From Cirrosporium novae-zelandiae (lineage: Eukaryota): a stretch of 64,000 bases of DNA. Below the pieces are notes generated by a model. That model made no database searches and was not told the origin of the DNA. It was given only the letters and a program-made list of their open reading frames with translations. Positions 1 through 10,153 of the stretch are shown here, one piece after another (position 1 is the stretch's first letter; every line of letters begins with the position of its first letter). Location: NCBI GenBank assembly GCA_026023565.1, contig JAPETS010000006.1, forward strand, positions 868,001 to 932,000, read 5' to 3'. The position numbers and the translations under genes were made by a program.

Positions 1-538
1 GGGTCATTGGGGAAGATGTAACCTATGGGAAGGGTGTTAGTTGGGTTATTTGGCGAGTATGTGTGTGATGATGAAAGCAGTTCAACATAAAGTTCTCTAA
101 TGAAAAGACAAATGACGAAAAAAGGATTCTTTTATCAACTGCTATCTGGATTCCCAAGATAACAGTCTTTCCAGCAGAGACATTTAGAGACTGTGTCTAT
201 AACAAAATTCAATGGGTAGTTGAGTAATACTTCCGGCCCGAAATCTATGATATGTTCTTCCATTCTCAGACACAAAGTCGAAGGCAGCCGAAGGTAGAGA
301 TACGGTATCGCTCAAGGAACTATCGCTATTTGGAGGTTTAGCATTGGATCCTGTATTCCCGGTGGATTGAATCTGGAAAATCGTCACAATCTATCAGATG
401 GGTACCGACTTTGAGCATGTCCAGTTGCTGGTACTGGAAGTGTCCGACTCAGCGGGCTACCAACATCAACAACAATGCACATGACCTAGATTAAAAGATC
501 GGGTCTACCGTACCTGTTTTCTTCGACCTGGAGTCATG
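1..538 (-). CDS. LaeA-like / TAM-domain SAM-dependent methyltransferase, 5' part (runs off the window at position 1)
   Basis: Minus strand reads ...DTVSLPSAAFDFVSENGRTYHRFRAG, then intron 230..23 (GTATTA...CTAAC...TAG), then SYIFPNDP. ENGRTYH...Y.FPND is the typical N-terminal motif of this family. Start ATG at 538 and upstream exon boundaries are tentative. Confidence 0.75.
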
Positions 539-1839
539 CTTGTGGAAAGTTTGTAACACACGGAGTAATAACAGCCGAAACAAATGAAGAAACAAACAGA
601 TGTAAATGACAATCAACGTTGTAATTCCAGTCAGCAAAACCAGATAGTCATGCATACATATATAACAATAGAGAAGGGCTCTAGAGAAGTCTAGTGGCCT
701 AGAAAGACATCAAGGGGTGGAGCAATTAATTGATGTTCAGAAGGAAACTTATGCGCTCCAAAGTTAACTAAAGATCAGTCTTCACGCTGTTTGGATATAT
801 CCCCGCTAACCAAGGACTCCCCGGTCCTGCAAGAAATCCACAGACCACAACAGGTGTCATCGACTCATGCCTATCATTACTTGTCATGAGAAGTTGATTA
901 TCAACCGTAATTAAATGTTAATATGTGAAAATCTGACCGATTGTTTGTTATGGAACTAAAGAATTGAGGGAATTCATATACTTTTACATTTCAAGTAAAT
1001 AATGAGAGAATAATGAGAAAAGCAATTGATTATATCCCGACATGATGGTTAGACGTAATTAATACTTAAAGATTAACAACCTAAGGGAGGGGGGTCGTTT
1101 ATCACGTTATGGAGAATTTTCGTTAGGATATCAATGCGTAGCGTTTAACTACCGAGTACGACTTCACACCAAGTAGTACCTCCAACAGCAAGCCAGCAAG
1201 AGGTCCAAACAAACCCCCAATCACCCCCCATAACCAGAAGTCGCTTCATTTTTGGTCCCACCGTTTTGGTTCCGCTGTCATTAAACGCCATATACCGAAG
1301 TAACATGTGGGGGCCAAGAAAGGGCCAAAGAAAGGTCCAGACCTCACCAAGAATATGGCACGTATGATATAATCAAAGCTTCATTTATTTCTTTCTTGAT
1401 GTGATTTTATGTGACAAAGTAATTCTGGTAATAATGAGCCAGCAAACACGACCCATGATGCGATATGATCAGATTTGTTAACTAGGAAATTTGCGGAATC
1501 TACCTTTGCCTGAATTAGAAAAAAATCAGACCTACGACCCACAAAATCATGAGAAGCTTACACTATAGTTTCCTGTCTATCCGTAGTTGCTGGATTGAAT
1601 GTTCAATGAAAATGTTGCTTGGATCTGGCTGGACCACTATCTGGCACTATGAGCAAGCGCTCCCGCCCGAGGTTTTTGGAATTTACAGCGGGTGAGCGGC
1701 TAAATCCAACGATGCCCAACGGAGTATGCAAACCCATCAAACATGATGCTTACATAATGTTTATTGCTTTTGAGCATCATTGACCTCTGTTTATTGCGCC
1801 ATCATTGTGTCTTCTAAACATCACATATCAATAACAATA

Positions 1840-3077
1840 ATGGAACAGACCACCTCAACTACAGATCCAATTCCAGATCCTATGATTCGCCCTAACAAGC
1901 GACGAAAGTTTATGCGCCGTCGTTTCGATGACGATGACGAAACGACAACAGAAACACACCCTAGCCCTCCCCAGCATTCTATATCTCATGGAAATAACGA
2001 CGAAGAGACAAAAAGCAATAGCGCCGATGAAGATCTAGCCATCTCAGAGATCCTTCGCCTTCGTAAAGCCGTAAAGTCTCGTCGTGGTGGTATTGAGTTT
2101 AGCAACAACCCATCACGCTCTACCAGTACCGACCCAAACAGCTCAACCTCAATGGAACTCGTCCAGCAAGGCGCAGTCCAAGATCCTGTACAAACAGCTG
2201 CGGATCGATTCATACCTCACACAGGGCTAGTTGCAAATGTGGATAAGCATATGTTCGTATCACCCTTGATTCATCTTCCCCTAGCTTTATTCTCAGGCAC
2301 GAGAGAGAGATGCAGCGACTAACAGGATAAGGATGGAGTATATAGATACAGAAATGGCTAGAAGATTGAAAACTGATGCCCCAGGGCACTCATCATCGAC
2401 GAAACTCCAAACTGGATCTAACAACCCAGTTTCCTCCACCGACCCGATCTCCACATTACCTGTACATACCCCTCTCCAGCGTCAACCCGCCTCTCTAGGA
2501 AAGCTCCACGAGATTGACCTCGGCCCCGACGCCACCCTCCGCAATATTGCGCGGACAGAAGCCGCAGCACGAGGGGAGCCACTTCCAGACGAGGAGAACG
2601 GCCGTGGCAAAAAAGTCCGTCTGGGCCGGGATGGAAAACCATGGCGTGGGAGACGGAGGAGAAACAGCGAGGAGCTAGCACGAGATAGACTTGTAGAAGA
2701 AGTTCTTCGAGAAAGTAGACGTATGTGCCCCCCCATCCCCACTCCACCCCAACCCATCACATTCAACCCTCCAATATATATATATTGATACCCTCTCAAC
2801 AGTCGATCTCTATGACCCAACAACCGTAACCCCCCTCCTAACAACCACCAACCCCGACGAATCCGAAGCCGCCGACGACCGAATCGCAGAACAATTCCGA
2901 CGCGAATTCATGGATGCCATTCAATCGCGCCGACAGCGTGCCCCCCGTCCTTCGGCCAATTCGGCTCGCGGTACTGGGGGGAAACCCGAGCCGCCTAGGG
3001 GTCCGAAGTTGGGTGGTAGTCGGAGTGCTAGGGCTGCGATGAGGGAGAGGGAGTTGGCTGCTTCTGGGAAGAAGTAG
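1840..3077 (+). CDS. HCA59 / Tls1 / C9orf78-family spliceosome-associated protein (3 exons)
   Basis: Exons 1840-2252, 2332-2720, 2803-3077 join in frame across introns GTTCGT...AAG and GTATGT...CAG. Motifs DRFIPHTG..NVDKHMMEYID, LGKLHEIDLG, ADDRIAEQFRREF and GPKLGGSRSARA match my recollection of the fungal family. Confidence 0.75.
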
Positions 3078-3299
3078 GGGTGGGGAGTTAGCTTGGGCGT
3101 GGGTTTTTATTTGTGAGGAGGGTGGAAGGGTAACGAACGTGTATTATGACTAAGGAGTTTTGTTGCTTGTTTGTGTTGTTGGAATTATTGGAATTTTGGG
3201 CTGTATTTCTAGGACATCCCATGCATACGCAACATATACGTACACACACATGCATGAATGAGCACTAACCAAAAAAGAAAAAAATATATCTCATGAAAT

Positions 3300-5650
3300 A
3301 TATCTAATATCTAGCCCATCTACAGTATATTACTTCTTCCTCTCTATCCCTTTCTCTCTCTATTTCTCCCTTTCTTTATCCCTCTTTTTTTTCTCCTCTC
3401 TTTTTTCTCCTCTTTTTTCTCCTCTCTTTTTTCCCCTCCTCTCTCCCCCTCTACACCCACACTCACTCTCTCTCACTCTTACTTTCACTCTCAGCCCACT
3501 GTACGAATACCTACCCACCTACCTACCTAGCTATTATAAATCATAACCTTCCTCTAGGAAAGGAAGGAAGTATGTATATATAGACCAGACCAGACTAGAT
3601 CTAAGTGATTAATGGATTAATGGAATAGGGATAGGGATAGGGGAAGGGGGGGGGGGGGGTAATTGTTATAGAGTTTAGGGTGTATGTGGGGTATGTGATG
3701 TATATAGGAGGGTAAGATAATTGAGAAAAGCAAAAAAAAGGAAGAGATAGTAAAGAGATAAGGGAGAGAGAGAGAGTAAAGATGTGAGGGGTAATAGTAA
3801 GATAAGAATAAGAATAAGAAGAAGAGTGCTATAACACAATACTATCCAACACTCCCATTCGAGCCTTCCAAACCTGACAAATTTTCCAGCTTCAGAACAT
3901 TAGAACTCTCTGACTTTAGCCTCCTATAACTTTGGCTCAGTGAAATACCTCCTCACTCATCCTCCCTTCCGTTCCCTCTCCTCGTTCCCTTTTTTCCCCT
4001 CTTTGGAAGGATTGGTTATATTATGTCAGATGTAAAAAATGAAATGGAAAAAAATATATAGGATGGGGGGGAAAGGGGAGGAAATGAGGAAAGAGGGAAG
4101 AGGGGAAGAAGGGGAGGGGTGATGATAGTGATGATGATGGTCTAAGCAACACCCACACCCACAGCTCCCTCTATTTATTTTCTACTCTCCCCTCTTCTCC
4201 TCTATTAAAAGAAGTGTGCTAAAGAAGTCAACAATGCCTCCCTCTCCCCCCCTTTTCTTTCTTCTTCTTCTTCTTCTTCTTCTTCTTCTTCTTCTTCTTT
4301 AAACAAATCCCCAAACCACAAAACCCTCCCTCTCTCTCTAACTCCCTCCATCTTTCTATCCATCTATCCATATAATTATTATTTACCTTTGATACTAATA
4401 GGAGCTAGAATACCTCTAATTCCCTACCAACTTAAAGACATTCTCGGACTGGAAGAATTGAAGATTTTAGGGTTTGGGGAGAGAGGGGGGGAGAAACTTG
4501 AGATGCCAAAGATGCTAAAAAATAAAAAATATGAGGAGTAAAAAGGAGAAGGTTCGAAGAGCTGGATATAAGAATAAGAATATAAATAAGTGTATGGCTT
4601 GTAGGTGTTGTATAAGAGTATAAGTAAGCGTAAGTAAGGAAAATAAAAAGTAATAAATAGAGAAAACCTCTAATTTTAATAGAGAAGTCTGGGGGAGAAA
4701 AAAAGGAGAAGGGAGGGACTTACTTTATTTACCTAGTTTACAATAAAAAGGGGGGATAGGGGATAGATGGATGGATGGATGAAGTTTATAGGTACGGTTA
4801 TCTGATTAGGTATTTGGTTATTTTGTTGTTTGGTGGTGGATGAGGGTAATGGAGGTGAGGGGTATCGGACTACGTACCTAGCTGGCTGGCTGGCTGGCTG
4901 GCTGGTTGGTTAGCTTTATAGGAAGGTATGGTCACCTTGAAAATAATTAAATTCTGAGTAACCCTACCATGCATCCATACATCCATCTATAAATCCATAA
5001 ATCTCCACCACAATCACGACTACGATCATGACCACAGCTCACAAGATCAAAAAGGATCCAATAATTTCTTTTCTTCTTTCTTCTTTCTTCTTTCTTCTTT
5101 CTTCATGGTTCATCACTCACTCACTCTCTTTATATAGTTTAAGTGACTTACTTACTGTACCACCAGAGCAGGATGGGACAGGAGTGAAGTGAAGTCCTAC
5201 CCTGTATACATCCATACCCCCCTCCCCAAACCCTAGAGTTAAAACCCCCAACGTAGGGAATAAGAATAAGAATAGGAATAAAAATCTATAATTTTCTTTA
5301 TTTCCTTTATTTCTTTTGTGAGTAAAATGGGTAAATGAGTACTGTACTCTAGAGATTGGTTGGTTGGTTTGGCTAATCATTTGTTCTGTCGGTTATTGGT
5401 GAAGGGGGGGGGTTGGGGATGGAAATGGGATGGGATGGAGTGGGGGTGTTTGGTTGGATGGGCCTAGGCTTTATTGAAGAGCTAAATATCTAAATGGCTA
5501 TAGGACGTGGTGGTTGTGTTGTGTTGAATTCAGTGGTTCGGTTTGATATTGGCGATGGGTGGTTATGATGATGAAATAGGGGGGAATCGGGGGGGGGGGA
5601 TAGTTTTGGTGAGATGGATGGATCCTAACTGTACTGACCATACTGTGCTA
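3300..5650. repeat. Low-complexity / microsatellite-rich intergenic tract ((CTT)n at ~4257-4299, (ATGG)n, (CTGG)n, (CTAC)n, poly-G)
   Basis: Simple repeats directly visible; no credible ORF. Confidence 0.9.
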
Positions 5651-6489
5651 TAGTGCGTGAGTAATGTGTAGCCCATCGAAGTACCTCTTTCCAGACTTTC
5701 CAGTCTTTCCAGTCTTTAGGGTTATATCAGGTATATATATAACTTCAAGACCCTTGACATTAGCATTAGTTGGTTAGAATAGAACATTGTCTTATCATCT
5801 TAAATCAAGTTAAGTACTGAAATCTGAATAATTTGGTTAACTCTGGAATTTCGTTTTCGTTTTCGCTCGCCCTCGGTGGATTAGACTACCTACACCTAGG
5901 TAGATATAGATTATATGAAAATTCGAATGGCAAGTGAATGTCTTTGGGATGTTATTTATAGTCGGAAATCATAGTTATGATAGGCGATTAGCAGCAGGCT
6001 CGCATCTCCTTTTTTTTTTGAATATTTCTGCACATGTCTCATTTTTGGGTACAGGATAATAGTCCGAGATGTGTCCTAGATTGTTGAGCTATCAGAAGGT
6101 GACCCAGTTATTGAGAAATCTAGTATAGAGCATGGTGCAGTGCGTAAATTCAACATAGGTAAGGTGGTGTTGTGGTTGGGGAGTTGAACATCAAGTCGAG
6201 TTATACATACAATGGATGCCCTCCACCTTTTATCTATATTAATTTAGCTTATAATTAAAGACAGGAGATCTTCAGGAAATGCATGCATGCTACAAGAGAA
6301 ATAAATCCCTAAGATTAAAAACGAAAAAAAAAAACATCTCCCCAGGACTCAACGCATTAGCTATCCACACTCCCACAAGAAATAACCCCCCCCCCCTAAA
6401 ACGTTGCAATGCTTATTTGGTTTTCCTAGTAGGTACAGTACAAATATGCTTTCAGCAAGCAGACCCTTAAAAAATATTAATTAATGAAA

Positions 6490-7110
6490 TGTGCTTGTTT
6501 CGATCAAGCTCTAGAAAGATTCGATCTTGTTCTCTCGGCGCTCTCCCCCCCTGAACCAATAAGCATACTTTGATTTGTTGGAAAGAGTTGCACTTTAACG
6601 TGATATACGAATGTAGGCAGGGCAGGGCAGGACAGGGCAGGGCTAGGCGCCCGAGGGTGGTGTTCGCATGTTTAAAGGTGCAAGCCGCCTTAAAAATAAA
6701 AGCGACTAGATCCAACAAAGTGACTTTGGGGAAGGTCTTCAAAACAAAGAAACGATTTTTAATAAAAATTTCCATTTGAAGGCCTCCCCAAGGTCACTTG
6801 AGGGGTCTGGTTGGTTGGTCGCCTTCATTTTTTTTTATTTTTTTATCGAAAGGTATATAATGCGAACCACCCTTGGGCCAGGGCTGAGCACCGGTAAATT
6901 GGTCACTGGTGAGCTAACCGAAGTTTTACTTTGGCACTTGGGAAGTTTTCCCAGATTTCTTTCGAAATTCGAACAGGGTTGGCATCAGCCCTGTTTGTCT
7001 GTTTCCTTATTCACTCTCTCAGGAAAAAAAAAGTGGACAAGCAACGGTAGTAGATTTTTGCGGTTGTCGTTGTCGTTGTCGTTTGTTGATAAGTTACCTT
7101 ACTAACTGGC
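6490..7110 (+). ncRNA. Candidate structured non-coding RNA of unknown class
   Basis: Helices 6490-6499/6558-6567, 6648-6669/6860-6878, 6702-6743/6775-6822, 6889-6895/6905-6911, 6918-6924/6928-6934, 6972-6981/6986-6995 contain G-U pairs on the + strand. Sm-like AUUUUUG at 7054-7060. Confidence 0.5.
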
Positions 7111-7460
7111 AATGGTAAATGGTTTGGATCCGCACAACAATAAACTATTCTTTTGGGGAGGACCAATGTCAGCTTGGTTCGAAAGATGGGAAGGGAAGGC
7201 AGAAACTAAAGGTAGTTAAGATTAAAATAAGTAAATGGTGGTGAGACTTGTTATTATTGAAATATAAATGGGAAGAGATCTTCATAGACAGGAGCGAAGT
7301 CGTCGACCTCGAGTCATACTATGGCACATTACCGTAGTATGAGAGAGAGCGACAGGTGAACAGAGTCACAGTGCGGAGATTAAAATAGACTCAAGTAGCC
7401 ATTGATCTCATATTACATCGATGCCTCATTTACCAGCCACAGTGAGAAACTAAAAGAAAC

Positions 7461-7501
7461 TGTTACGGATGCCAAGCCCCCATATCCTAGGCGTCGTAAC
7501 A
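7461..7501 (+). mobile_element. 41-bp internally deleted solo-LTR remnant with 5-bp target-site duplication
   Basis: TGTTACG...CGTAACA inverted termini; GAAAC at 7456-7460 and 7502-7506. The 3' end TATCCTAGGCGTCGTAACA nearly matches the end of the 55844-56006 LTR. Confidence 0.7.
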
Positions 7502-8074
7502 GAAACGGACCAGAATATATTTCTGAATTTTGTTGGTCATGTCTTAGACAAATTTCAAGGTGTCCAGGGTTAGAGTGAGATTCAAGGGGACGCGTTTACG
7601 AGAAATTAATCGAGAGACCAAATCGGGGAAAAACTAAACAGGGATCTTCGTCACCTCAACGATAATTGACAATTACTTATGGATAAGACCGAAAATAGAT
7701 TAACTACCAAAAATTCACAAGACGGGAGAAATTCAGATTGGATTTGACAGATGATGCACACTTCTATTAATTCTGTTCGAGGATGAAGACAGGGCTCGGC
7801 TCATTATTTGGAGGGAAGCAAAACAATCTTCGTTATTTCGTGATAGATACTCCAGGCTTTTTGGTATATGCTTCCCGTGGCTCTATAAGAAATCAAATGG
7901 GATATATATCAAGAAGTGAAAAAATGTTATCCGTTGAAAATGGACGTAGTACAAAGGAATAAAAACACAAAATAATGCCAGGGAATAATTCCTCCAATCC
8001 AATAATGCCTGTCCTGTCCCCTATCCTCTTAATTCTTATCCAACCTGATCACTTCTCTATTACCTAATCTTCGT

Positions 8075-10153
8075 TTACGAAGCATAAGCCTCTCCCATTG
8101 TGCTGAGCGAACTGCCAGACAAGAGAACACCATCTTCAACCATAAAGTAAGCGTATCTTGCGACACTAGATTGGGCATCCAACCATGGGAGAACAGTCTC
8201 CAAGAACGTGGTTTGCTCGTCATCAGTTCCAGTGGCACCGAACTCGGTGATCCAAACGGGCTTTCCGTCGGCAAGATCGATGGCGGATTGGACGTGGGAC
8301 TTGAAGTCTGAGACAGAGTCGGCTGAGGCATACCAATGGATATCGACAAAGTCAATGGTGCAGTCAGTGCACTGGTCAAGGAATTCCTCAAGATAAGTAA
8401 GACCCATTGGAGATTCACCGTTGGTAACAGCTGGGGAACCAAGGCTGGCTTTTCCGGCAAATGGCTCCATGTAGGTACCCCACAAGGTAACACATTCGGC
8501 GACGGTCATATCAGCTTGAGAAGACTCATCGGGCTCATTGACGAAAAGTAGATGAGAAGATCCAGATGAGATGGCTGCTTCGGCATCGCTGGTCCAGGTC
8601 GCAGTGAAATCGTCAGCATTGCTGTGGAGCATAGGAACAAACTCAAAGTCGATATCATCGGAAGTCGCAAGCCAGTTGTATCCCCAGGAGAACTCCGAGT
8701 TTCCTTCAAATGCAGACAAAAGGGAGGCATCGTTGTAAGCGAGACCACGCTTGCCAGACGAGCTAGAGGTAGAGGAAGCGGCGGCGGAAGATGAGACTAC
8801 GCTAGAGGCAACGTAGCTGCTGGCAGCGGCGGAGGAAGCGGCAACAGATGAAACAGCAGCGGAAGAAGCGGCAACGGATGAAGCTGCAACAGATGAAACG
8901 GCAGCGGACGAAGCGGCAACGGATGAATAGACGGCAGCAGCAGAGCTAGAGGCTGCAACGGGGGTGGAGGAGGCTGCAACAGCGGCGACGGCTGCAACGG
9001 AGCTATAGCTAGATGCGGCTACGGCACTGCTGCTGGCAACCGCAGTGGCGGAGGCATATGGGCAGTAGTAGACGGTGCTGGTCACATCAACGGTAACGGT
9101 CTGTTCCTCGTTGGTATAGGTTCCAGGGGTGAATGTGTAGGTGGTAGTTCCGGCATCCATGGTAGTGGTCTCAGTAACGAGGACGGTTGCGGCGGAGATG
9201 GTATACACTCCAGTGCTGGTCAAAGCAACAGTCAAATCAGTTACGGCAGGAACTGAAGAGGAAGCGACAGCTGAAGATGAGGCGACGGCTGCGACGGCGC
9301 TGCTAGAAACACCGGTAACAGATGCGTACGGGCAGTAGTAAACTGTGCTTGTGACATCAACGGTGACGGTTTCCTCTGGGGCGGTATAGGTTCCGGCCTC
9401 ATAGGTGATGGTGGTGGTGCCAGCGGCAACAGTTGTAGCTTGGGTCAAGACCATGGTTGTGGCTGCAATGGTGGTGGTACCTGCGGACAGGACCTTTGTG
9501 AATTCAGCAACAGCAGAGTAGCTAGTGCCGTAAATGCTTGTGGTGGTATTCGACATTGGGTAGTATGGAGTGCTAGAGCTGGTAGCAACAGCGGCCTCGG
9601 ATGAAGCCTCTGATGCGACATCTGAAACACTGGCAACAGGGACAACGGTCTTGGTGACATATTGAACAACTGCGGAAGCAGCGCTTGAGCTTGAGCCAAC
9701 GGCATCAGCAGTTGCTGCAAGGGAGCTTGATGATTCCGCTCCAGCGGTCACTGTGACCATGTTGGTGCTGGTGACTGTTACTGTGACCTGTCCACCTTCA
9801 CATTGAGCTCCATCGGAGCTGGCGGCGGCTAGGGCAGAGGAGAGGACCTCTGAGGCAGCAGCAGAAGAAGCGGCTACTGAAGATGCAGCGGCTGCTGAAG
9901 AGCTATATACAGATGATGCGCTGTAGGCGTTCACATTGGCATCGACGGATGATATGGCGGCAGCGGAAGAAGCAGAAGCATATCCGGTACCGGTGCCAGT
10001 TGGGCCGGCAAAGGTTCCATTACCGAGTGAAAAAGGGGCACCGGTTCCATGTAAAAATTGATGGCGGAAATGGTGCGCACCGCCGTTCCAGCCGGAGGGA
10101 ACAGCCAAAGCCGCCGGAACAAGCGCAAGGAGCGCTACGCTGAGAGGCGACAT
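8075..10153 (-). CDS. Secreted GH128 (Glyco_hydro_cc / Asl1-like) beta-1,3-glucanase with a long Ser/Ala/Thr-rich stalk
   Basis: 692 aa single-exon ORF with hydrophobic signal peptide. C-terminal domain has KRGLAYN, SWGYNW, FVPML, FVNEPD, SPAVTNG, DFVDIHWY and KPVWITEFG (catalytic NEP and TEF glutamates). Confidence 0.9.
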   Translation of the reverse strand: MSPLSVALLALVPAALAVPSGWNGGAHHFRHQFLHGTGAPFSLGNGTFAGPTGTGTGYASASSAAAISSVDANVNAYSASSVYSSSAAAASSVAASSAAASEVLSSALAAASSDGAQCEGGQVTVTVTSTNMVTVTAGAESSSSLAATADAVGSSSSAASAVVQYVTKTVVPVASVSDVASEASSEAAVATSSSTPYYPMSNTTTSIYGTSYSAVAEFTKVLSAGTTTIAATTMVLTQATTVAAGTTTITYEAGTYTAPEETVTVDVTSTVYYCPYASVTGVSSSAVAAVASSSAVASSSVPAVTDLTVALTSTGVYTISAATVLVTETTTMDAGTTTYTFTPGTYTNEEQTVTVDVTSTVYYCPYASATAVASSSAVAASSYSSVAAVAAVAASSTPVAASSSAAAVYSSVAASSAAVSSVAASSVAASSAAVSSVAASSAAASSYVASSVVSSSAAASSTSSSSGKRGLAYNDASLLSAFEGNSEFSWGYNWLATSDDIDFEFVPMLHSNADDFTATWTSDAEAAISSGSSHLLFVNEPDESSQADMTVAECVTLWGTYMEPFAGKASLGSPAVTNGESPMGLTYLEEFLDQCTDCTIDFVDIHWYASADSVSDFKSHVQSAIDLADGKPVWITEFGATGTDDEQTTFLETVLPWLDAQSSVARYAYFMVEDGVLLSGSSLSTMGEAYAS

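Noticed and set aside
900..1400. ACGTAATT motifs and AT-rich DNA as a pogo/Fot1-like transposon end
   Set aside because: No matching inverted partner or transposase remnant could be found.
4959..4966. TAACCCTA as a + strand telomerase template
   Set aside because: Only 8 nt, and it appears paired with 4791-4800 in the fold-back, whereas a template should be single-stranded.
5716..5724. TTAGGGTTA, i.e. a Neurospora-type telomerase template UAACCCUAA on the minus strand
   Set aside because: Opposite strand to the G-U-supported structures, and no pseudoknot or CR4/5-like domain is visible downstream on the minus strand; a single 9-mer can occur by chance.
6583..6596. AAGAG-UUGCA-CUUU resembling vertebrate telomerase P6.1
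   Set aside because: The loop lacks the G conserved at the fourth position, and the same bases fit a longer helix with 6672-6683.
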